A DNA stretch of 64,000 nt, from contig CP175956.1 of NCBI GenBank assembly GCA_046116545.1, positions 769,734 through 833,733 on the forward strand, in the 5' to 3' direction. Below the pieces are notes generated by a model. That model had not been told where the DNA came from. It saw nothing but the letters and a program-made list of their open reading frames with translations, and did not search any database. Made by a program: the position numbers and the translations under genes. Shown here one piece after another: positions 20,886-29,134 of the stretch (its first letter is position 1; each line of letters starts with the position of its first letter). The DNA is from Candidatus Moraniibacteriota bacterium. GTDB lineage: Bacteria > Patescibacteriota > Minisyncoccia > Moranbacterales > GCA-2747515.

Positions 20886-21362
20886 TTATTTTTTCTTTTT
20901 TTCACGAATATATTCATTTATAATTACAATTACATATATTGATGTTGCAATCCAAAATCCAAACTTCTCAACAGTATAAATATATATCAAAACTAATACA
21001 CAAATAATTATAAGGAGAACATACAAACCAGTTATAATTCTAATTATCCTTGATGGAGTAGATTTTTGGAAAAAGTATTTGAAAAATCGCTTCCAAAATG
21101 CAATATTTACATTTAAATTATTTTTATAGTCATAAATAAAAAAACCAAGAAAACCCCAAATAGCAATTATCATAGCAACCCAACTATACACTTGTCTGTG
21201 ATCAATCGTCCCCCAACTTTCATTGCCTGTGACAAAAACATCATAATAAGCATTTGCAAATAAAGTTAAAAGCAAACCCAAAAAAGACCCAATCACAATA
21301 CCCCATACAGCATATATTCGATCTTTTTTTTCTTTTTCTTGATTTTGAACTTCTTTTGTCAT
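20886..21362 (-). CDS. hypothetical 4-TM membrane protein between hsdM and hsdS
   Basis: 158 aa with four hydrophobic helices, overlapping gene junctions on both sides. Confidence 0.4.
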   Translation of the reverse strand: MTKEVQNQEKEKKDRIYAVWGIVIGSFLGLLLTLFANAYYDVFVTGNESWGTIDHRQVYSWVAMIIAIWGFLGFFIYDYKNNLNVNIAFWKRFFKYFFQKSTPSRIIRIITGLYVLLIIICVLVLIYIYTVEKFGFWIATSIYVIVIINEYIREKKKK

Positions 21363-21364
21363 AT

Positions 21365-22957
21365 TTAAAATGGTTTATTAATTTCTAATTCATCACAAAA
21401 CTCTGCAATATTTTCTTGCATTTTCTTTTCATCTTTTTGTAATTTTTGTAATTCTCTAGATACTACATCAATATCAATTTGCTCTTCTTCCTCAAATGTA
21501 TCTACATATCTAGGGATATTTAGATTGAAATCGTTTTCTTTTATTTCCTCTAGAGTTGCACAATGCGAATATTTTTCAATTTCTTTTCTGCCTGTATAAG
21601 TTTCAAAAATCTTTTGTAAGTTTTCATCTGTGAGATTATTTTGATTTTTACCTTTTTCAAATTCTTTTGACGCATCTATGAAAAAAATATTATCATCAGT
21701 ATGACGACATTTTTTAAATACCAAAACCGTAGCAGGAATAGAAGTTCCATAAAAAAGATTTGAAGGTAACCCTATAACCGCATCGAGTGAGTTTTGTTTT
21801 TCTATGATGTACTGGCGAATTTTACCCTCAGCTCCACCACGGAAAAGCACACCATGAGGTAATACCACAGCCATTGTGCCATTATCTGCTAAGTGATACA
21901 GCATATGTGTCACAAAACCAAAGTCAGCTTTGTTTTTTGGTGCTAATGCACCATACTGTGTAAATCGTTCATCTTCTGCAAGTACTGGATCATCAGAACC
22001 TTTCCACTTTGCGGAGAAAGGTGGATTAGCCACAAGCGCCTCAGCCTGCAAGTCTTCAAATAAGTCTGTTGTAAGTGTATCACCCTGCTTGATATCAAAA
22101 TTTGCATAATGCACATCATGCAAAAGCATATTCATCCTTGCAAGGTTGTATGTCGTACGATTAAGCTCTTGTCCGTAATAATTATCAACTTTAGTAAAAT
22201 CTTTAACACGAAGAAGTAATGAACCAGATCCACAAGTAGGATCATAGACAGCTTTAATACGCTTTTTATCCTGAGTTACAATCATTGATAAAAGTTGAGA
22301 AACTTGTGCAGGAGTATAAAACTCTCCACCCTTTTTACCAGCACCAGCAGCAAACTTCCCAATTAGATATTCATACGCATCTCCCAACACATCACTCTTT
22401 GCGTCTTTAAGTTGAAAATCAATTTCATCAAGGTGTGAAAGAATATCTGTAATAATTTCATTTTTATCTTTTTCAGTTCGTCCTAGTTTTGCAGAAGTAA
22501 GGTCAACATCTTCAAATAATCCGATAAAGTCATCTTCACTGTCATTTCCCACAGCAGTTTGTTCAATATTATTTAGCACACTCTTGAGATCTTCCAATAT
22601 AAAAGAATCTTCTCCCTCAATCTCTCCACGTCCTTTTTTGACAAGATGTTCAAAGAGTTCAATAGGCTCAAGAAAGAATCCTAAAGAATCCAGTGAACGC
22701 CTGCTAATAACTTGCAACATATCATCATTTTTACCACTAATGAGCGAAGAATACTTAACTTTATCAGTCTTCAAGAGATCATCAGCATACGCCTGCTGTT
22801 TTTCACTAAGATACTTATAAAAAATAAATCCCAAGATATAATTTTTATACTCATCAGCATTCATCTTACCCCGCAATAAATCAGCAATATTCCAAAGTTG
22901 TTTCTCTAATTGTCTCTTATGTTCCGCTGTCATAAATATATTTTTTTTAGCAATCAA
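21365..22957 (-). CDS. hsdM: Type I R-M DNA methyltransferase subunit
   Basis: N6-adenine MTase motif IV LVANPPFS and SAM-binding motif VYDPTCGSGSLL. Confidence 0.85.
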   Translation of the reverse strand: MIAKKNIFMTAEHKRQLEKQLWNIADLLRGKMNADEYKNYILGFIFYKYLSEKQQAYADDLLKTDKVKYSSLISGKNDDMLQVISRRSLDSLGFFLEPIELFEHLVKKGRGEIEGEDSFILEDLKSVLNNIEQTAVGNDSEDDFIGLFEDVDLTSAKLGRTEKDKNEIITDILSHLDEIDFQLKDAKSDVLGDAYEYLIGKFAAGAGKKGGEFYTPAQVSQLLSMIVTQDKKRIKAVYDPTCGSGSLLLRVKDFTKVDNYYGQELNRTTYNLARMNMLLHDVHYANFDIKQGDTLTTDLFEDLQAEALVANPPFSAKWKGSDDPVLAEDERFTQYGALAPKNKADFGFVTHMLYHLADNGTMAVVLPHGVLFRGGAEGKIRQYIIEKQNSLDAVIGLPSNLFYGTSIPATVLVFKKCRHTDDNIFFIDASKEFEKGKNQNNLTDENLQKIFETYTGRKEIEKYSHCATLEEIKENDFNLNIPRYVDTFEEEEQIDIDVVSRELQKLQKDEKKMQENIAEFCDELEINKPF

Positions 22958-23070
22958 TATTACAATTGTACTCTCTCTACAACTTTAATTCAAACGTTTA
23001 TAAATAATTTATTTAAAATACTTACTCTTACGCTCAAATTTAGAACGTAGGAGTAAAAATTAAAAAATAT

Positions 23071-23229
23071 TTATGCATTTTCTTCTTCAATTTTTTCATT
23101 GATTTTTGTTAATTCTTCATGAACTTTTTTTAATACACTATCTAAATGAATTGTACCTCCACCTCTTGCATACTCCTTAGTGATTTCAACAGTCATTTCC
23201 AATATTTTACGCTCACTATGTTTCCTCAT
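23071..23229 (-). CDS. small hypothetical protein (52 aa), translationally coupled to the upstream dinD-like gene
   Basis: By my translation: MRKHSERKILEMTVEITKEYARGGGTIHLDSVLKKVHEELTKINEKIEEENA. Its ATG overlaps the TGA stop of dinD in an ATGA arrangement. It is below the track's size cutoff. Confidence 0.35.
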   Translation of the reverse strand: MRKHSERKILEMTVEITKEYARGGGTIHLDSVLKKVHEELTKINEKIEEENA

Positions 23230-24047
23230 ATCGACTTGTCACCTCCCTCCAGTTTCTTTTTATCACTTCTGTTCTTCAATAATGTCTTTGCTTTTCCTAT
23301 TCCATCGGTTGTAGGAAGCTCTTCTGGCATTGTGCCACCAAGCTCTTCAATTGTTTTACGAACTTTCTGCCCTACATCATAATGTGTAAGATTTGCATTC
23401 ATCTCATTTTTCACATTCTCTCTACGAAGTTTAGCATCTGCTTGTGTTGTGCGAAATAGATTAGCTGCCAATTCCTCACTGCCCATATGATCAAGTATCT
23501 GTTGTGATTTTTTTAACTTTTTATTTGTTTTTATATCTCCAGAATCCAACCCTCCATACAATCCCTTATATCCATAATTCTGAAATTTGCCATAATTTTC
23601 TACACCTGCATCACTTGCCGCCTCTGCGAGTGATGTATTATGTTTTTTAATTTCATCACGTAATTGTACTCTTTTATTATCTTCTATCAGCTCATCAGTT
23701 TTTTCTTGTCGTCGTGTCTGAATTGCAAAATATGTTTGACCAAGTGCCACGACCTCCTTGCTTGGATCTGAATTTTGAATAATAAGATAACAAGCATATC
23801 TAGAAAGATATACGGTATCAACTGAACGCTCAGCACCAGAACCAATCTTGACCATTTCGTCCACATGGGCAAAATGGGTGTGGATAACTTCTCCACTCTT
23901 CTCACATGCTAATTTAGCCTTTTCGATAACATTCAAAAATTTACTATAATTTGAATAATCCAAAGCTTTTGCAAGATCACGAGAAGACCAAAAATCACTC
24001 CCATACTCATTAACTTGCTTAATTTTTTCAAAAATTACTTGTGTCAT
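23226..24047 (-). CDS. dinD: DNA damage-inducible protein D-like (Bro-N/KilA-N + DinD domains)
   Basis: GQTYFAIQTRRQE, ILDHMGSEELAANLFRTTQ and GGTMPEELPT match what I recall of enterobacterial DinD. It is adjacent to lexA. Confidence 0.55.
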   Translation of the reverse strand: MTQVIFEKIKQVNEYGSDFWSSRDLAKALDYSNYSKFLNVIEKAKLACEKSGEVIHTHFAHVDEMVKIGSGAERSVDTVYLSRYACYLIIQNSDPSKEVVALGQTYFAIQTRRQEKTDELIEDNKRVQLRDEIKKHNTSLAEAASDAGVENYGKFQNYGYKGLYGGLDSGDIKTNKKLKKSQQILDHMGSEELAANLFRTTQADAKLRRENVKNEMNANLTHYDVGQKVRKTIEELGGTMPEELPTTDGIGKAKTLLKNRSDKKKLEGGDKSI

Positions 24048-24104
24048 ATTTGATTTGTATTTTAATTATTAAAAATAGAAGAAATGTCCATCTACATCCC
24101 ACAA

Positions 24105-24764
24105 CTATGATTTCAACACATCAATTACCTTACCATTAACAATTAAATCATCCTCTTCGGTTAAATATATTGGTAAAAATTCTTCTTCAGTTGAACAAGG
24201 GAAAAGACCAATTCTATCCTGTTCTACATATCGCAACAGTTTTATTGTAGCAAGCCCATCGATAACAGCTAGTACAGGTATATTATTGTCATTTATAGAA
24301 GGCTTGTAACCACCATCAACTAGAACAAAGCTTCCATCTTCAATATTATTCTCGCGCACTTTATAATTATTCATAGATTCTCCAGATGCCTGAATTGCAA
24401 AAAGGTTTTTAATATTTTTTTGTCCAACAATACTTTTTGAAACTTTCAATGTTCCCTGCCTATATTGCTCAGCTACAATACTTGCAATTCCACAATTTGC
24501 ACTACCATATACAGGAATATCAACAAATAACATCTTCCCCTGGTCAAGTAACTCTAAAGCTTTTGTATGTGAATTTCTCCGCACGACACCAGCATCTTTC
24601 AAATCATTCAAATATTTATGCACAGTTCTTGGGCTATTCATATCATATCCGCTAGACCGCAATTCGTCTCTAAGTTCCCGAATAGATGGCATTACGCCAT
24701 TCTCTCGGAAAAAACTTTTCAGAGAACTGAGAACTATCTCATGTTTTTTGGTAAGATTTTTCAT
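24105..24764 (-). CDS. lexA: LexA repressor (S24 peptidase)
   Basis: N-terminal winged-HTH and a C-terminal S24 domain with the Ser motif (SGESM) and a Lys region (…VNGKV). Confidence 0.8.
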   Translation of the reverse strand: MKNLTKKHEIVLSSLKSFFRENGVMPSIRELRDELRSSGYDMNSPRTVHKYLNDLKDAGVVRRNSHTKALELLDQGKMLFVDIPVYGSANCGIASIVAEQYRQGTLKVSKSIVGQKNIKNLFAIQASGESMNNYKVRENNIEDGSFVLVDGGYKPSINDNNIPVLAVIDGLATIKLLRYVEQDRIGLFPCSTEEEFLPIYLTEEDDLIVNGKVIDVLKS

Positions 24765-24769
24765 TTTAT

Positions 24770-24797
24770 CTGTTTACTACTGTTTACATAACTGTAT
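24770..24797. promoter_or_regulatory. direct-repeat motif CTGTTTAC-ta-CTGTTTAC-ataa-CTGTAT immediately upstream of the lexA start; candidate SOS operator
   Basis: Seen 6 nt upstream of the lexA ATG. A CTGT half-site is shared with the gammaproteobacterial LexA box. The operator assignment is speculative. Confidence 0.25.
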
Positions 24798-24844
24798 CCA
24801 TCATCACATATTTTTAAAATATCGTCAACATAAAAAAATAAAAA

Positions 24845-24873
24845 AGCTGAAGTTCAATTGATGAACTTCAGCT
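24845..24873 (-). terminator. rho-independent terminator after the TrpF-like gene
   Basis: Hairpin AGCTGAAGTTCA-attgatg-TGAACTTCAGCT, preceded on the + strand by an A-run (a U-tract on the minus transcript). Confidence 0.55.
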
Positions 24874-24887
24874 TGTATACACTTTAT

Positions 24888-25679
24888 CTATTGATATTTA
24901 TCAATCATATTAATCATTTTGATAAGATATTGTCCTGCCATATCCCAATTTACAGGATCTAATGCGTTACCACTCTCCCTCAGTTTACCCTGTGCATCAA
25001 CACTGATATTGTTATGGGATTGCATGACTGGTTCAGATAACTGATATGTCTCTGGACCAAGTCCACCCGCAATACTGATGCCGATATCTGGTAAATCATT
25101 TTGAATTGCTTCAATAAATGGAATAAGTGATGGTGCGTCCATACCGATTCCACGCCCCATACTTTTATCCAAGAGGACACGATGCAAAACTTCATCATAT
25201 GCATATTTACCAAGTCTATCCACAAGTGCACGTGGATTGTTATCAATCTCTTCAAATGCTTGCTTACCGATTTGCAAAATGATTTCTGGATGTATTCCTG
25301 AGTCAGTAATAGCTGCAAAAATCTGATGTCTATCAGGCCAAACTAAATCTAGTTGTAAGGCGTGCATATATTTGCCACCATATATAATTGCCAATCTCAA
25401 ACTTTTCCACAACTCTGGACGTTTTTTACTATCTGCATAATGCAAACAATACATAACATCATCTGCATAATCACCATCAAATATAGATGCGATTACTTCA
25501 TTACGTGGGAATGCATCTGTCCACTTTGTTGGCCATCCATGAAGAGTTTTGTAACTCATCATCACACCAACATGCAATTTGTATTGAAAATTGCCTGGCT
25601 CATGAGAATTAAAGACTTTTGCCATAGCAACTACTTCTTTGACGTCCATAAAATCAGTAATGCCAACATATGGTTGCAT
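24888..25679 (-). CDS. TIM-barrel protein resembling phosphoribosylanthranilate isomerase (TrpF-like)
   Basis: PYVGITDF near the N-terminus (compare KICGIT), and GISIAGGLGPE ... ISVDAQGKLRESG at the C-terminus (compare the TrpF GGL phosphate-binding end). Confidence 0.3.
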   Translation of the reverse strand: MQPYVGITDFMDVKEVVAMAKVFNSHEPGNFQYKLHVGVMMSYKTLHGWPTKWTDAFPRNEVIASIFDGDYADDVMYCLHYADSKKRPELWKSLRLAIIYGGKYMHALQLDLVWPDRHQIFAAITDSGIHPEIILQIGKQAFEEIDNNPRALVDRLGKYAYDEVLHRVLLDKSMGRGIGMDAPSLIPFIEAIQNDLPDIGISIAGGLGPETYQLSEPVMQSHNNISVDAQGKLRESGNALDPVNWDMAGQYLIKMINMIDKYQ

Positions 25680-25837
25680 ATCACTCCTCCACTTTCAAAA
25701 AATGTTAAAAGATATAATATATCTGTTGTTAAAAAAACTATCAAGGTATATTATCACATATTTATATCTTTATCAAACAAAAAATATCCATTTAATGGAT
25801 ATTTTCATAATTAGATATAGCAAAGTGATACACTAAG

Positions 25838-25861
25838 ATTCCTGCCTTCGCAGGAATGACA
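25838..25861. repeat. REP-like palindromic element ATTCCTGCCTTCGCAGGAATGACA (copy 2)
   Basis: Exact copy of 8993-9016. Confidence 0.7.
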
Positions 25862-25905
25862 TAAGATGAAAACATCCAGTGATACTGCTAGTTTTTGAGA
25901 ATAAC

Positions 25906-26131
25906 AAAAAACACCCAACCAATGAGTGTTTTATTTCTAGCAAGTTCCTGAATCAAGTTCAGGATGACATTTACATGTCATAATCTTTTGCGGTTAGTCC
26001 TTATCGATACTATTACCTTTGAGCCGTACATTACAATTATGTATATAAAAGATACATAATCGACCAAAATGGGTTTTAAGAACTTGATGTGACCATCAAC
26101 TCTTTCACCTTTACGCCCTAGAAAGGAGGTG
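25906..26131 (-). repeat. orphan duplicate of the 16S rRNA 3' trailer (terminator hairpin, REP variant, processing-stem half), ending in the last 12 nt of 16S (CACCTCCTTTCT) but lacking the 16S body
   Basis: About 90% identical to 33192-33430, for example tgtcataatcttttgcggttagtcct...gagccgtacattacaattatgt...cgaccaaaatgggttttaagaacttgatgtgaccatcaactcttt. The terminator hairpin ACACCCAACCAATGAGTGT is present in both copies. Confidence 0.7.
25945..25969. repeat. REP-like variant TTCCTGAATCAAGTTCAGGATGACA
   Basis: Stem TCCTGAA/TTCAGGA ending in GGATGACA, related to the 53077/53418 copies. Confidence 0.5.
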
Positions 26132-26245
26132 TTTGGGACCTGACATAACACGCAAAATTGTGCAAAAAACTACTATAACAACTGAGATGAGTTTGATAAA
26201 TTAAATTACTGTTTTATATAGTCATTCTACTGCATAGCCAATAAA
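26122..26245 (+). repeat. repeat element 'P2' copy A: AAAGGAGGTG + conserved 23-codon TTG ORF + ~40 nt tail
   Basis: aaaggaggtgtttgggacctgacataacacgcaaaattgtgcaaaaaactactataacaactgagatgagtttgataaattaaattact is ~95% identical to 31635-31725. The ORF TTG 26133..26204 translates as MGPDITRKIVQKTTITTEMSLIN. Confidence 0.65.
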
Positions 26246-26411
26246 ATGCAAATGCTAATAAAAAACCCTTATTTAAAACTATTATTAAAAATTCTATCCA
26301 CATTGCGTTATCTAATATCTGTGTTAAAATTCGAAGTAATTGAATTATTTATCAATGAAAAACTAAAATATAGCATCTTTTTATTTTAAAAATGTTAATA
26401 TACATTATGAT

Positions 26412-27353
26412 ATGAAAATTAGATTAAACAATTTAAATAACATTATTATTTTACCTGATAAAGTTATTGTTGACACAAATGACAACATTATATCAATTGC
26501 CGATGTCTCTTGTATAAACGTTATAAAAAAACTTTTAGATCAAAAACTAAATGGGGGGAATTCCGTTTTGGTTCTTAATAAAAAACAGTTAAACAATGAA
26601 AGCATCAAATTATTACTTAAAGAAAATATTTTTTTGGATACAGAAGAACATTCCATTAAAGAAGTCCTCCAATTATTTAATTTTTTCAGTAACCCTAATA
26701 TAAATAATATTGAAATACCCTATAAGCAATCATTAGAAATAACAAAATCCGTACACAAAAAAAATATTCCTTGGATTTCTGAAAAAAAACCTACTGTGGC
26801 AAGATATTCTCATAGAGATTTTTCTGACAAAAAAATTACTAAATCATCATTAAAAAAAATTGCAAAAACAAGTTATGGACTCTTATGGCAACAAAAAACT
26901 AGTCCATTTATTTCTCATACCCCCATAGCTTCAGCTGGCGCACTAAATCCTTTAAGGTTATTCTTTATTATTAAGGAACAAGAAATATTTAAAGTAGTTT
27001 ATTTTAATAAAGAATCAAATACTTTTGACTCACATTTTCAACTATCCATACAAGACTTCAAAGATTGTTTAGTTGAAGACTTGCATCCAGGATGTCTAAA
27101 TGCACCTTATTTTGCACTGATCGCAAGCGATTTAAGTTTTATTTGTGCTAAGTATGGATACAGAGGATTACAATATTCAATTTTAGAAGGCGGAGCACTC
27201 TCACATCAACTAAGTGCCTCTATGTTAAAAGAACAAATATATTCAGTTCATTTAGGTGGTTTTTATGAAGAAAGAATACAAAATAAATTAAATTTTCAAA
27301 AATTTTCAAACACCGTTCCTTTATTGCTAATAGCTTTTGGATATAAGAAATAA
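26412..27353 (+). CDS. SagB-type (McbC-like) FMN-dependent dehydrogenase, nitroreductase fold
   Basis: ARYSHRDF (nitroreductase RxSxRxF motif) and TPIASAGALNPLRLFF (compare SagB-type PSAGGLYPLE). Confidence 0.55.
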   Translation: MKIRLNNLNNIIILPDKVIVDTNDNIISIADVSCINVIKKLLDQKLNGGNSVLVLNKKQLNNESIKLLLKENIFLDTEEHSIKEVLQLFNFFSNPNINNIEIPYKQSLEITKSVHKKNIPWISEKKPTVARYSHRDFSDKKITKSSLKKIAKTSYGLLWQQKTSPFISHTPIASAGALNPLRLFFIIKEQEIFKVVYFNKESNTFDSHFQLSIQDFKDCLVEDLHPGCLNAPYFALIASDLSFICAKYGYRGLQYSILEGGALSHQLSASMLKEQIYSVHLGGFYEERIQNKLNFQKFSNTVPLLLIAFGYKK

Positions 27354-27355
27354 CT

Positions 27356-29122
27356 ATGATACTCAAATATACTAACAAACTTAATACTTCTGCATTACTA
27401 ATCATAGAAAATGAAGATAATATATTTTTTCTTTTACCTGAAAAAATAATTATATTTGAAAAAATTGATAATTTCATAGACAGCCTTGAAAAAAATAATA
27501 TTGAAACTATACGAATTTTGAAAAAATATGATTTATTCAATACTAAGAAAAATGATTATATTCTTTTAAATAAATCTAAAAAGCAGTTTGGCAATGAAGT
27601 CTCAAAAAGAAAATGTGATTATTCAAATGAAATACTCTTAGCTTATTATGTTTTTACAAAAAATATTAACGACATAACAAGAAAAATCATTTTATCATCA
27701 TTCTCCAAAAAAAACCCAGAATATAATTATATACTAAAAAATATTTTACAAAAAAATAATCTTATATACGCAAAAATTTCTTTATTTCAAAAAATAACCC
27801 CGCACCTTACTGATTCAAAAAAATATACTTCTAAAATTAACATACCACAGCTATTTTCAACTCAAACCATAAATGATAAAACAAAATTATTTTCTTCAAT
27901 TGGTCCAATTATAAACATTCAAAGGGCAGAACCTCAAAAAAATATTTCTACTTTACAGAGTTATTTAGCCACATATAGAGTTCCTTCTCTAGAAAATTCT
28001 CATATACATGAAAATTATAGCTCAAATGGATATGACTCTAATGAAAATATAGCGCTACTCAAATCCGTTGCAGAAGCTCATGAAAGATTCTCATCAGGAT
28101 ATATAGATAAAAACCAGATAGTCAAATTGGATACAAAAAAATTATTGGATATGGATAGAATTTATAAATATTTAGGAATTTCAAAAAAAAAGTTTTTAAA
28201 CAATGAATATATTTGCATCCCACCTAAATCAAAAACATATCCAACAATTAAGGGTAATGTACTGAATGCTGACCTAGAATGGTATGCTCCAATTGATATA
28301 GTCAAATTTCCATATCGACCAGAATATTTTGATAGATTTACATTTGCAAACTCATCAGGAGTTGCTGCTGGCAAGGATTATGCTGATGCATGCATAAGAG
28401 CACTTTTTGAATACTCGGAAAGACATTTTTTAATGAAACATTGGTTATTTGAAATACCTTTTAAAAAAATAAATAAGACTAGTCTTCCGTTAGATATTCA
28501 AGATTATATTAAATCACTGGAAAAAAAAGACACTGGAAAAATAATTGTTGCTACAATGAATTGTAATATAAACCCTCATATTGTAGCAATGTACATAAAT
28601 AAAGAATCTTGGCCAGCATTTCACATATGTGCATCAGCTGACTCAAATAAAGAAAGCGCTCTTAAAAAGGCACTGGACGAATTAGCTAACACTATTATTT
28701 TTTGTCCACTATTCCGAGAAAAAATAAATTTAGCCCCCGAAGATGTTGTAGGAGCTCGTGAACATTATAGTTTTTATCATGATCCTGATAATTTTAAAAC
28801 CATCGACAATAAAAACCTCCTAACAAAAAAATCTATTTGTTGGACTGATGTCCCAACATCTACAAATATAAACTCGAAATTCACTGATGCAAAATTAAAA
28901 AATTTAGTTCAACAAATGACAACTGAATTTGGTGAAATTACAGCTTTTGATGTAACATCTCCTGAAACAAAAAATTTTTATTTAACTGTCGTAAAAATTA
29001 TAACTGAAAAAGGTATTCCTCTCTGGTTTGGAAATTCTGATCTGCCCCTAAATAAAGAAACTATCAAATTAAAAAATAAACAAATTAAAAATTCATTTAT
29101 CAATATACATCCATTAGGTTAG
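27356..29122 (+). CDS. YcaO-domain protein (TOMM-type cyclodehydratase, with N-terminal extension)
   Basis: FANSSGVAAGKDYADACIRALFEYSERHFLMKHW matches the YcaO ATP-binding core (SxGxAAG...E..ER[DH]). At 588 aa it is consistent with a fused C/D-type protein. Confidence 0.6.
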   Translation: MILKYTNKLNTSALLIIENEDNIFFLLPEKIIIFEKIDNFIDSLEKNNIETIRILKKYDLFNTKKNDYILLNKSKKQFGNEVSKRKCDYSNEILLAYYVFTKNINDITRKIILSSFSKKNPEYNYILKNILQKNNLIYAKISLFQKITPHLTDSKKYTSKINIPQLFSTQTINDKTKLFSSIGPIINIQRAEPQKNISTLQSYLATYRVPSLENSHIHENYSSNGYDSNENIALLKSVAEAHERFSSGYIDKNQIVKLDTKKLLDMDRIYKYLGISKKKFLNNEYICIPPKSKTYPTIKGNVLNADLEWYAPIDIVKFPYRPEYFDRFTFANSSGVAAGKDYADACIRALFEYSERHFLMKHWLFEIPFKKINKTSLPLDIQDYIKSLEKKDTGKIIVATMNCNINPHIVAMYINKESWPAFHICASADSNKESALKKALDELANTIIFCPLFREKINLAPEDVVGAREHYSFYHDPDNFKTIDNKNLLTKKSICWTDVPTSTNINSKFTDAKLKNLVQQMTTEFGEITAFDVTSPETKNFYLTVVKIITEKGIPLWFGNSDLPLNKETIKLKNKQIKNSFINIHPLG

Positions 29123-29134
29123 TCAAACTTAAAT

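Noticed and set aside
13843-23072. Transposase, integrase or prophage genes that would explain the R-M island
   Set aside because: No ORF here has DDE, tyrosine-recombinase or serine-recombinase motifs, or phage structural gene signatures. The island boundaries are marked only by short palindromes.
26238-26381. 47-aa ORF (MQMLIKNPYLKLLLKILSTLRYLISVLKFEVIELFINEKLKYSIFLF) directly upstream of the SagB-like gene as the TOMM precursor
   Set aside because: It has no Cys/Ser/Thr-rich core or Gly-Gly leader end, and its composition matches AT-rich non-coding DNA. I mention it only as a very weak possibility.
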